Below are positions 46,440-55,237 of a DNA stretch of 57,345 nucleotides, piece by piece. The stretch is from an uncultured archaeon (GTDB lineage Archaea > Iainarchaeota > Iainarchaeia > Iainarchaeales > JAAZKV01), in assembly GCA_902385225.1 (NCBI GenBank), contig CABMEU010000017.1:1-57345 (forward strand), read 5' to 3'. The notes beneath the pieces are model-generated. The model did not search any database, was not told where the DNA came from, and saw only the letters and a program-made list of their open reading frames with translations. How positions within the stretch are numbered: position 1 is the first letter of the stretch; each line of letters opens with the position of its first letter. The translations under genes and the position numbers were made by a program.

Positions 46440-47171
46440 TTATGAAGTTATGAGCCACATTTGTCCTGCTACAGGGGAAGCGGGGTCAGTTGTTCTTGTT
46501 TCAATTACAAGCCCCTTTGTCGCGCTTAATATTCCTGTCGAACCAATTGTTACTGTTGGGGTTGGGTTGCCCGCCGCATCAGTAATGAAGAAAGCAATGC
46601 CTTGGTTTGCGAGTTGTATTAGCGCACCCGGTGCAGTTCCTGTCCATGCCGTTCCATTGAACCACGCATTGTTTGAAAAGTGCGCATAATTTGTTCCCGA
46701 ACCTGTTCCGCCGTTTAGATATGCTGACCCAATCTTTATTACGGCATTGTGGTCAAGGATAAGTTTGATTGCTGATTTTCCTGCCAGAGTAATTGCGGTT
46801 CCATCGTCTGTGATAATCGAGTTTCCAATTGTTGTTGAAGTAAGCCACTTGGTAATTGTATTTGCGATTCCTCCGCTTAAGGATGCCCCGCTTGGTGCTC
46901 CTGAAATATTAGCATTGCTTCCGCATGTCCAGGTTTTTGAGGTGTTATTCCAATATAAAATATTTCCATCTCCCGTGCACCCGTTTACTCCGGTTCCGCC
47001 GTAAGTTGCTAGAATAATGTTGTTGTCAGCGATTGTGCTACTGCCAACTCCAATTGTCGATAATTGGTGCGAGGGTCTTGCGGTGTTAAGCACTCCCGCA
47101 GAAACAAAGACCAGTCCGATAAGAATAAGCGCAAACAATATTGCCACTCTGTCAAATTTGCTTAGTATCAA
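46440..47171 (-). CDS. Secreted fibre-like Gly/Thr-rich protein
   Basis: Signal/TM segment; GGTG, ITKW...TIGNS.ITDDG; C-terminal LVIETRTTDPASPVAGQMWL. Confidence 0.65.
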   Translation of the reverse strand: MILSKFDRVAILFALILIGLVFVSAGVLNTARPSHQLSTIGVGSSTIADNNIILATYGGTGVNGCTGDGNILYWNNTSKTWTCGSNANISGAPSGASLSGGIANTITKWLTSTTIGNSIITDDGTAITLAGKSAIKLILDHNAVIKIGSAYLNGGTGSGTNYAHFSNNAWFNGTAWTGTAPGALIQLANQGIAFFITDAAGNPTPTVTIGSTGILSATKGLVIETRTTDPASPVAGQMWLITS

Positions 47172-47301
47172 GATTTCGCCTCTAAAGTATAACAATTATC
47201 TGGAATATAAACCTTGGTGCTTCGCCAAGGCGAGCAAAAGAACTATAATTTGAAAGGAGGGGAGGTTTTCTTTTAATATCTTTTTCCTTTCTATTAGTAG
47301 C

Positions 47302-47859
47302 ATGCTTTCAAGAGAATTGTTGCTAAAAAAAGCCGTTTTTGAGCGCTATACCTTTAAGCCTCATACAAGAATACACTTTGACACATTTGCCCGGGAGGAA
47401 AAGCTTTTGAAAAAGAATCTTGGGAAAATTAAGGATAAAGAGATTGAGCACGTTGGGAGCACCGCGATTCACGGACTTGGCGGAAAAGGCATTGTGGATA
47501 TTCTGATTTTTGTTCAGAAAAAGAATCTTTCAAAAGCCAAAAGAGGAATCATAAAATCAGGATTTAATTATAACGGAAACTGGCAGAAACGCAGATATTT
47601 TTTCAGCAAGTATTATTTACACAAAAAGCGCGCTCATTTGGTTCATGTGCACTTAACAGCTGAGACAAAAGAGTTTCACAAACTCCTTGCGCTGGTTGAT
47701 TATTTGAAGCGCAATAAAACCGCACGCGCAAAATATGAGAAGCTTAAGAGAAAGGCAAGCGAAATGTACTGGACTAATGGGGAGAATTATAGGAAGTTTA
47801 AGAAAAAGTTACTTTCAAAGCTCGCGAAGAAGGCGCTTTTGGATTACAGACAAAGTTAG
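47302..47859 (+). CDS. GrpB/UPF0157 family protein
   Basis: IEHVGSTAI.GL.GK.IVDI, HVHL, DYL......Y..LK. Confidence 0.9.
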   Translation: MLSRELLLKKAVFERYTFKPHTRIHFDTFAREEKLLKKNLGKIKDKEIEHVGSTAIHGLGGKGIVDILIFVQKKNLSKAKRGIIKSGFNYNGNWQKRRYFFSKYYLHKKRAHLVHVHLTAETKEFHKLLALVDYLKRNKTARAKYEKLKRKASEMYWTNGENYRKFKKKLLSKLAKKALLDYRQS

Positions 47860-47897
47860 TGCGGTTTTACGGTTTTTGCCCGCGCAAGGATTCATTT

Positions 47898-49856
47898 TTA
47901 TCCAAAGAATTTATCAATCTCCTTCTCCGGTTCATTTGTTTTTTTCATCTCAAAGTCCTTTGGGTAGTATTGCCGAAATCTCTCCTCCCCAAATCTCTCA
48001 TCAACAAATACTATTACTCCTCTATCAGTTTCTGTTCGTATTACTCTTCCGGCAGCCTGCATCGCCTTGGTTATTGCGGGTCCGTTGTACGCATACTCCC
48101 ATCCTTTGTGGAATTCCTTTTCATAAAAATCAATTAGGGCTTGGGTGGTGATATCCATTTTTCCAAAAGGGACTCCGATAATTATCGCGCAGGATAAATA
48201 ATCCCCCGGAAAATCAATTCCTTCCGCGATGCTTCCTCCGCTCACAGCGAGGAGGACTCCTCCAAAGCGGGAGCCAAGCAACTTGAAGTTATGTATTAGC
48301 TTTGTTTTTTCATCCTGACTCATCTCAGGCTCCTGCTTGAGAATTTGCCTGCGCGTTTTCATTGCGCCTTTCACACTTTGCATAACATCAAATGAGGGAA
48401 AGAATACGATTGTATTTCCCGGGACCTTTGCCACCGCGCGGTCAATAATTTCCGCGATTTGTGTGTACTGTCCAGTGCTCCTTGAAGTATATTTTGTTGT
48501 AACTCCCCCCACAAACAAGTTAATTCTGTTTTCTTTTGGAAAAGGGCTTTTGTATTCCTTTCTTAAAAGTCTTGGGTTTGCGGTTTCTTTTTTTGTTTGA
48601 GAGAGTTCTTTCGCGCTCGCGAATTGCTCCTTAACATTTTGGTTATGTAGTAATTGTGTTTTTTCTTTTTCAGTTTTTCTCTCCCCGCTCTCGGTTATGC
48701 CAAGCACATCAGAATACATTTGGAGCGGAAGTAAAGTTCCGGACATTAGAATCGCGGAGTGAACTTTTGAGAGTACTTCGCTTGCAAGCTCCGACGGGTC
48801 CATCGGATAAACCCCGATTCCAAGCGAGCCCTTTCTTTGCACAAGATAAAGGGTGTGCTGTTTCTCGTGAAGAAGAGTAATTAGAAAGGAGCAAAGCGCC
48901 ATAAGGTAAGAATTCTCGGTTTTGTTCTTTGTCATGAACTTCTCTGCGGTTTCCTCCATCTGCATTATTCCATCACGCGCAATTTTTCGTAAAAAATCAA
49001 GCTCATGCGCTTCAATTCGTGCCTCGGATTTATCCAGTGAGAGTTTCTTTCCAAGCGCAAGCATTTCCTTTTCAATATCCTTAAGCAAAAACTCAACCTC
49101 AAAGTCCCCCACATTCTTCGCTTCCTTAATGGCTTTTTCAAGAGCGGAAACATCAAAACTTGTCTCAAGCATGTCCCTCAGCCGCTCAGGCAAATTATGC
49201 GCCTCATCAACAATAAGCACAATATCCTCTAGCTGTGTTTGCGCTGCCCCCAAAATTCCCTCGCTAATATCCTCATGGAAGAGGTGAGAATAGTCCCCGA
49301 TAATCAGATGGGCGCCCTTAATCATTTCAAGCGTGATTTCATATGGGCAGAGTTCTCTGTGCTGGCACTGCTCCTTAATGTGTAAGTAGGAGTTGTTGTA
49401 CTCTTGCAGCACCCCGCGTTTGAGCCGCATAGAAACCGCTTTTTGCTTTGGGGTATATCCTTTCGCGTTTGTAAAGTATTTGCATGTTTTATCTTTTTTC
49501 CTTTTCGCGCACGCCTCGTAGAAACCCATTCCTGTTCTTGAGGTAAAAGGATCCACACACATTTGCTTTCTCCCGACAAGATCAATTGCTTTGATTCCAA
49601 GATTGAATTTCTCATTCATCATTCTCGCGGTCGCAAGAACAATTTCATGCTGGGAGATCTTTGGGGTGAGGAAAAAAACCTTTTTGTTATTCTCAAGCGC
49701 ATAACTAAGTGCAGGCGCAAGTGAGGATACAGTTTTTCCCAGCCCAGTTGGCGCATGAGCGAGAAATATCTTTCCTTTAGTAATAGCTTCCGCGGCGTCT
49801 TTTACAAATTCGTTCTGCTCCGCTCGCACCTTCTCGTGAGGAAACCATACCTTCAT
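47898..49856 (-). CDS. xpd: XPD/Rad3/DinG-family Fe-S DNA helicase
   Basis: APTGLGKT, four Fe-S cluster Cys, DEAH, MSGT, EGIDF, QAAGRVIR. Confidence 0.93.
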   Translation of the reverse strand: MKVWFPHEKVRAEQNEFVKDAAEAITKGKIFLAHAPTGLGKTVSSLAPALSYALENNKKVFFLTPKISQHEIVLATARMMNEKFNLGIKAIDLVGRKQMCVDPFTSRTGMGFYEACAKRKKDKTCKYFTNAKGYTPKQKAVSMRLKRGVLQEYNNSYLHIKEQCQHRELCPYEITLEMIKGAHLIIGDYSHLFHEDISEGILGAAQTQLEDIVLIVDEAHNLPERLRDMLETSFDVSALEKAIKEAKNVGDFEVEFLLKDIEKEMLALGKKLSLDKSEARIEAHELDFLRKIARDGIMQMEETAEKFMTKNKTENSYLMALCSFLITLLHEKQHTLYLVQRKGSLGIGVYPMDPSELASEVLSKVHSAILMSGTLLPLQMYSDVLGITESGERKTEKEKTQLLHNQNVKEQFASAKELSQTKKETANPRLLRKEYKSPFPKENRINLFVGGVTTKYTSRSTGQYTQIAEIIDRAVAKVPGNTIVFFPSFDVMQSVKGAMKTRRQILKQEPEMSQDEKTKLIHNFKLLGSRFGGVLLAVSGGSIAEGIDFPGDYLSCAIIIGVPFGKMDITTQALIDFYEKEFHKGWEYAYNGPAITKAMQAAGRVIRTETDRGVIVFVDERFGEERFRQYYPKDFEMKKTNEPEKEIDKFFG

Positions 49857-49936
49857 GAAGTAGAGGCAGAGAAAGAGTGCTTTTAATTATTTGTAAGGGG
49901 CTTTGCCGGATAATTAGAAGAGAGATTAACTTAGAA

Positions 49937-51610
49937 TTAGCAAGTCCTGTTCTCCCACATTAGTCCTGGATAATCAGTGCCATTACAGATGCTCCAATTC
50001 CCATCTGTTGTTGAGTAATTATTTCCGGAAACATTTGTCCAGGTTCCCCATTAGTTCAGAGGCTCATTTGATTTTGAATAGAATGTTGAAGAACTTCCTG
50101 TCGGGGAGTTTGTGATGCTTCCAAAATTAACTCCCACAGGGTTTCCATAATAATGGCTTCCTGTTACCGTTCCGGTGGAGAATGTATTTCTTATGGTTCC
50201 CTCGTTGTCCCCCACTAAGCTCCCGTCATAAGTGCCTGATGCCAAAACGTCGCCGGTGGCAAATGAGTTTTGAATTGTGGCCCTATTCACTCCCGAAAGC
50301 CCGCCAACGGTTGCTCCTCCCAAGAAATTCACAGCTGAATAACTGTTGAGTATTGTTCCATAATTTCTTCCGCTTATTCCCCCAACTTCATAGCCGTCGA
50401 ACACTTGTCCTGTTGTGTAAGAATCTTTTATTGTCCCGCCATTATCCCCAGCGATTCCTCCCACCCTCCAGTTGCCTGTTATGTTAATGTTTGTCAGCCC
50501 CAAATTCTTCACAGTTGAGGAAACGGATGTGAAAAGACCTACGCCATCTGTTGATGGGCGCAAGATATAAATGTAGGATATAATTTTATTGTTTCCATCA
50601 AAGGAGCCTGTTAAAGGAAGAGGCGAAAATCCAACTCCCTCGTTCCAGCTAATGGTGGCTGAGCAGTCTATTCCGGAGATTAAAGAATAATTTGAGGATG
50701 GTGAATTATTAACATCCTGAAGCATCTGGCAGTCACAAATTGTGTAAGGGGAGCCCGTGCTTCCGCTCCCGCTGAAAAAGTATCCTCCGGCTGTCCGGTT
50801 ATTGCACTGGAAGTAATTAATGCTTCTTGAGGAAGTTGAAGTTGCATTATTTGAGAAATCAATGCATCTTATATCCCATTGGTGGGTTCCCGGGGAAAGA
50901 AGCGCAACATTGTAATCCAATAACACTTGTGTATTTGCATCAATTGAAGAAATTGAATTAACATCGCTTCCGTCAAGATTAAGGAAGCACTGCTTAATTG
51001 CATTATTATCGCTTGCCGAGAAAATAAAACTCACTTTTCCGTTGGCGGGATAATTATCCTGTGGAGAATAAAGCCTTACTGCAGGCGGATTATTATCCGA
51101 AGGAAGTACAATTTCGGTTTGGTTTACGGCGACCGATTTATCCACACAGTCAACTGTCAAAGAGTAGCTAGTGCTTTTTTGCAGTCCATCCTGTGTGGTG
51201 TAGTATATTATTGCGGTGCACGTTTTTACCGTGTTTATGTTTTCTATTGTGCAGGAGCAGGCATTTTGAAGATTTGTTAATGAAAAAAGAAGTTCTGAGC
51301 CGGAAGCAAGCTGCTGATTATAATTATTATCAACACCATCAAGGGAGATTTTATTTACTGTCAGCATATCCCCTGAATTATTTTGAAGATTCAATAGCCC
51401 GTTTCCATCCATAGCGACAATTGCGTCAGCAATGCTTAAACCCCCTTGAGTTAAATTCCCAATTTTACCGCTAGTGGTTGCAATGCTTTGCGGGTTTGTG
51501 TTCGAGCCAACTAGTCCCACAACAATCAAAGAAATTATCACAATAACCGCAAGCACAACCAAATACTCAATCGTCCCTTGGGCGGTTCCTTTGAGGTTAA
51601 ATGAATGCAT
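49937..51610 (-). pseudogene. Class III signal peptide (pilin-like) GLUG/Ig adhesin with a premature TAA at 50051-50053
   Basis: AQGTIEYL start. After the TAA the frame continues WGTWTNVSGNNYSTTDGNWSICNGTDYPGLMWENRTC*, matching the paralogs' C-terminus. Confidence 0.8.
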
Positions 51611-51705
51611 ACTGCGGTAGAATTACTTTTTTGTATTATATAATACTTCTTTTTTAGTTTTCTTTCTTCAAAAAACTTAATATTCTCCAAAGCCCTTAGT
51701 ATATT

Positions 51706-52122
51706 ATGGGAAAATCTGTGAATCAGATGCAGGGGCTTGGCGCAAGATTAAGAAGGTCTGCTGCAGAGCGCCAAAGAGCATTTAGTGAAGTTGTTTTGGA
51801 TGCAAAAGGAATGAAGCCAAAAACTTTAATGCGCCCAAGGCTTGGAAGAAGAAGCGCATCCGGTCCCGGAGGCAAGTGGTTTCAGAGTGATATGATTAGA
51901 AATCTTGGGAGCCTGGCGTCAAATGAAAGGTGTCCTAATCAGGCGGTGGCAAAAAAACTGTATACTATTTTAACCTCTGCCCGCGGGGGGGATTTGCAAA
52001 TAGCAGAATATTCCACAGAGGCGGGGGCATTAAACGAACTATTGGTTAAGCTTTTGAAAGCAAAGGGGAGAATAAGTTTAACTCCTCTCCAACAAAGAGT
52101 GCTTGCAAGTTTTGGGGTTTAG
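51706..52122 (+). CDS. Basic orphan protein
   Basis: Arg-rich N-half; TATA about 25 nt upstream. Confidence 0.55.
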   Translation: MGKSVNQMQGLGARLRRSAAERQRAFSEVVLDAKGMKPKTLMRPRLGRRSASGPGGKWFQSDMIRNLGSLASNERCPNQAVAKKLYTILTSARGGDLQIAEYSTEAGALNELLVKLLKAKGRISLTPLQQRVLASFGV

Positions 52123-52141
52123 TTATCTCAAAAGCCGCTCA

Positions 52142-53113
52142 CTAATTTCTAAGCTTTGTTAACCCGTTAACGCAGTGCTTTACTTCCCCGCTTTTGAGTG
52201 CAAGCACCATTTGCTCCGCAACCTCAAGCGCAACATTCTCCTGTGCTTCAGTAGTTGATGCTCCTAGGTGAGGAGTGCAGGTGACCTTTGGATGTGCGAT
52301 TAATTCCTTGTTCAATGGAGGCTCTTCGTTATAAACATCAAGCCCCGCGGCCGCAACTCTTCCATCCGCGAGTGCGTTAAGAAGCGCACTTTCATTAATC
52401 ACTCCTCCGCGCGCAACATTAAGGATGTAAACTCCTTTCTTCATTTGCGCAAATTCTTTCTCCGCAATCATGTTCTTTGTCTTATCAGTAAGCGGAACAT
52501 GCACTGTAATATAATCAGCGTTCTTGTAAATCTCCGCAAGCTCCGCCTTTTTCACTCCAAGCTCCGCGAATTTCTCCGCAGGGAGGAAAGGGTCATACAC
52601 AATTACTTTCATTTCCATTGCGAGCGCGACTTTTGCAACCTTCTTTCCAACATTACCAAATCCAATTAACCCCAAAGTTTTTTCTTTGAGTTCAGTTCCC
52701 TCAAAGCTCTTCCTATCCCACTTTCCTTCCTTCATGCTTTTTGCAGCGTGATGAATATGCCTTGGTATTGCCATCATGAGCGCAAGGGTGTGCTCCGCGG
52801 CGGCGTTAGTATTCCCAAAAGGAGTATTCTCAACAACAATCCCAAGAGACTTTGCGGAATCCTTATCAATATTATCTGTTCCCACTCCCGCTCTTCCCAC
52901 TATCTTCAATTTTCCCTTCGCTCCAGCTTCAAGAACTTTCTTAGTAATTTTAACTCCGCTTCTCACAACAAACCCGTCATATTCAGGCGCAAGTTTTGCA
53001 AGCTCATCCTCTTTAAGCCCAAATTTAGCGTCAACCGCTATTCCCGCAGAGGTCATTATCTTCATCGCAGTATCAGAAACCGAATCGCATAACAAAACCT
53101 TTTTATCCATCAA
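52142..53113 (-). CDS. serA: D-3-phosphoglycerate dehydrogenase (no ACT domain)
   Basis: GRAGVG.DNID, AAEHT, GFGNVG, HVPLT, NVARGG, LDVY..EP, TPHLGAST. Confidence 0.9.
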   Translation of the reverse strand: MMDKKVLLCDSVSDTAMKIMTSAGIAVDAKFGLKEDELAKLAPEYDGFVVRSGVKITKKVLEAGAKGKLKIVGRAGVGTDNIDKDSAKSLGIVVENTPFGNTNAAAEHTLALMMAIPRHIHHAAKSMKEGKWDRKSFEGTELKEKTLGLIGFGNVGKKVAKVALAMEMKVIVYDPFLPAEKFAELGVKKAELAEIYKNADYITVHVPLTDKTKNMIAEKEFAQMKKGVYILNVARGGVINESALLNALADGRVAAAGLDVYNEEPPLNKELIAHPKVTCTPHLGASTTEAQENVALEVAEQMVLALKSGEVKHCVNGLTKLRN

Positions 53114-53240
53114 ACCAACCTCTTGTGCTTTTGTTCTTAAGAAAAAAGTTTTAGTGGATAGGGTTTAAATAAGTTAATATTGCGCTCAAAGTCAAGTTAA
53201 GAAATTTTGGGTTAAGTATTTGTTTTGGGGGTATTATAAA

Positions 53241-55091
53241 TCAGCAGCTCTTATTTTCCCATGTGAGCCATGGATAAGTGCTTCCATTGCAAATGCGCCA
53301 GTTACCATCAATAGTTCCCCATGTGTTTCCTGAGATTTGTGTCCATGTCCCGCCGTAGCACCCTTCATAGCTCTCGCACACAGTTCTCCCTGATGCGTCC
53401 CATGCGCGGCAATTACCATTGCTCACAGCGCTGCACCCGCCCTGTGCGTTGCATGTGCTTGTGGTTGTGAAGTTTGTTGTATTGCACTCAGTTGCAGGCC
53501 CGGTGCATGCATTATAATATGTTCCATTACACAGCGTCCCATAGTATGTTCCGCTGCAAGTGTTAAATTCCCCGTCAAAAACGCATCCGTTATGCGCATA
53601 GCAGGTTTCGCTTGTGACAAATTCACTGCAGTCCAGTGATTCCAAACTACACCCCTCATGATTAGTTTCACAAGTGGTTCTGTTGGTGGAGTCCCACGTA
53701 TGACAGTCGCCTGCGCTTGATGCCGTGCATCCTCCTTGTGTGTTGCATGCCGCGATGGTTGTGAAGTTTGTTGTATTGCATTCAGTTGCGGTGCCAGAGC
53801 AGGAAGAATAATAATTTCCATAACAACTGCCATTATACCCCGCGCCCCATGAAGCCAAAGGAAATGTATCAATAAGATAGTAACGCCCTGAATTAGAATC
53901 CGCCAGCGTCCAAAAAGAAGTTAGTGCGGAACCATTTGCCACTAGCCCGCCAAATAAACTCCCTTGGTTTATCGTGCTTGTTGAGTATGAATCTATAACG
54001 GTACCTTGATTTCCAACAAGAAGTCCTCTTTCACCATTTGAGGAAACTGAACCCGCAGAATAAACATTTATAACACCCGTCCCGCCAACCCCGACAATTC
54101 CTCCGACTGAGAGCGCGGAGCCATAAATGGAACCAGAAACGAATGAGTTCCTAATTATGCTCTCATTTCTTCCCGCAATTCCTCCAGTTACCCCCCAGCT
54201 GGAAACGCTTTCTCCAGTGAGACCTAAATTATAAATCTCTCCATAATTCCACCCCACAAGCCCCGTATATCCGTTGTTGGGCAGATTGATGTATAAACCA
54301 GAAACTATCTTGCCATTTCCATTAAGGGTTCCTGTGAACTTCCCCGGGAGCGTTGAGAGAGTTCCAATTTGTGCGAATGAGAAACCAACAGGTTTGAATC
54401 CTTTTTGGCTGTTCCAATTAATTGAATTTGAACAATTAATATCTTTAAGCAAAATATAATTTGCGCTCAAATTGCTGTTCATGTCCTGGAGCATGTTACA
54501 GTCGCATATCCCGTAAGGACTTGCGAGCGTTCCGTTCCCGCTGAAGAAATACCCTCCCGCTGTGCGAGTACCGCAGTTGGCAATAGATGGAAGAGGTGTG
54601 ATTACATTAACATCAGGCGCAAGAGTTATCCCGTTCTCAATACAATTAACGTTTATTGAATAAGTGTATTTCTTTTGCAATCCGTCCTGTGTGTTGTAGT
54701 AAATCTCGGCATTGCAGGTTTTTGTTTTTCCTTCATTTCCGCTGCATGAACATGCGCTCTCTAAACTCTGAAGAGAAAAAGAGAGCTTGGAGTAAAACTT
54801 TAGTTTTGTATTAAAATCATTTTCTTTTCCGTCAAGCGTGATTTTTGTTATGGTAAGAATATCCTCGGAATTATTTTTCAGGCTGAGTACTCCGCTTCCG
54901 TCGCTTGAAACAATCGCATCCGCGATGCTTAACCCGCCTTGGTTTAATCCGCCAAGAGTATTTCCGCCGACAGCGACATTTTCAGGGTTAGAAGTGGACC
55001 AGACAAAGATAACTACTGAAAGAGAAATAACCATTACTATCCCAAGAATAACGAGGTATTCAATTGTCCCCTGGGCTCTTCTTTGTTGCAT
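53241..55091 (-). CDS. Class III signal peptide (pilin-like) GLUG adhesin with a Cys-rich repeat insert
   Basis: RAQGTIEYL; GGYFFSG.G...PY.ICDC..LQ; GLUG-like repeats; duplicated ATECNTTNFTT...CN.QGGC (DNA repeat 53462-53495 / 53756-53789). Confidence 0.85.
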   Translation of the reverse strand: MQQRRAQGTIEYLVILGIVMVISLSVVIFVWSTSNPENVAVGGNTLGGLNQGGLSIADAIVSSDGSGVLSLKNNSEDILTITKITLDGKENDFNTKLKFYSKLSFSLQSLESACSCSGNEGKTKTCNAEIYYNTQDGLQKKYTYSINVNCIENGITLAPDVNVITPLPSIANCGTRTAGGYFFSGNGTLASPYGICDCNMLQDMNSNLSANYILLKDINCSNSINWNSQKGFKPVGFSFAQIGTLSTLPGKFTGTLNGNGKIVSGLYINLPNNGYTGLVGWNYGEIYNLGLTGESVSSWGVTGGIAGRNESIIRNSFVSGSIYGSALSVGGIVGVGGTGVINVYSAGSVSSNGERGLLVGNQGTVIDSYSTSTINQGSLFGGLVANGSALTSFWTLADSNSGRYYLIDTFPLASWGAGYNGSCYGNYYSSCSGTATECNTTNFTTIAACNTQGGCTASSAGDCHTWDSTNRTTCETNHEGCSLESLDCSEFVTSETCYAHNGCVFDGEFNTCSGTYYGTLCNGTYYNACTGPATECNTTNFTTTSTCNAQGGCSAVSNGNCRAWDASGRTVCESYEGCYGGTWTQISGNTWGTIDGNWRICNGSTYPWLTWENKSC

Positions 55092-55237
55092 AACATGAGA
55101 AGTGATTGTTTATATAAAAATGTTTCTGGAGAGGGGACTTTGTCTAAAAAAGAGGGATTTCTATTCTAAGATATTTGGGTTTAGCAGCTCTTGTAAAGCG
55201 TGTTGAAGAGCATAGATAAAGCGTTTTATTTTCAGTT

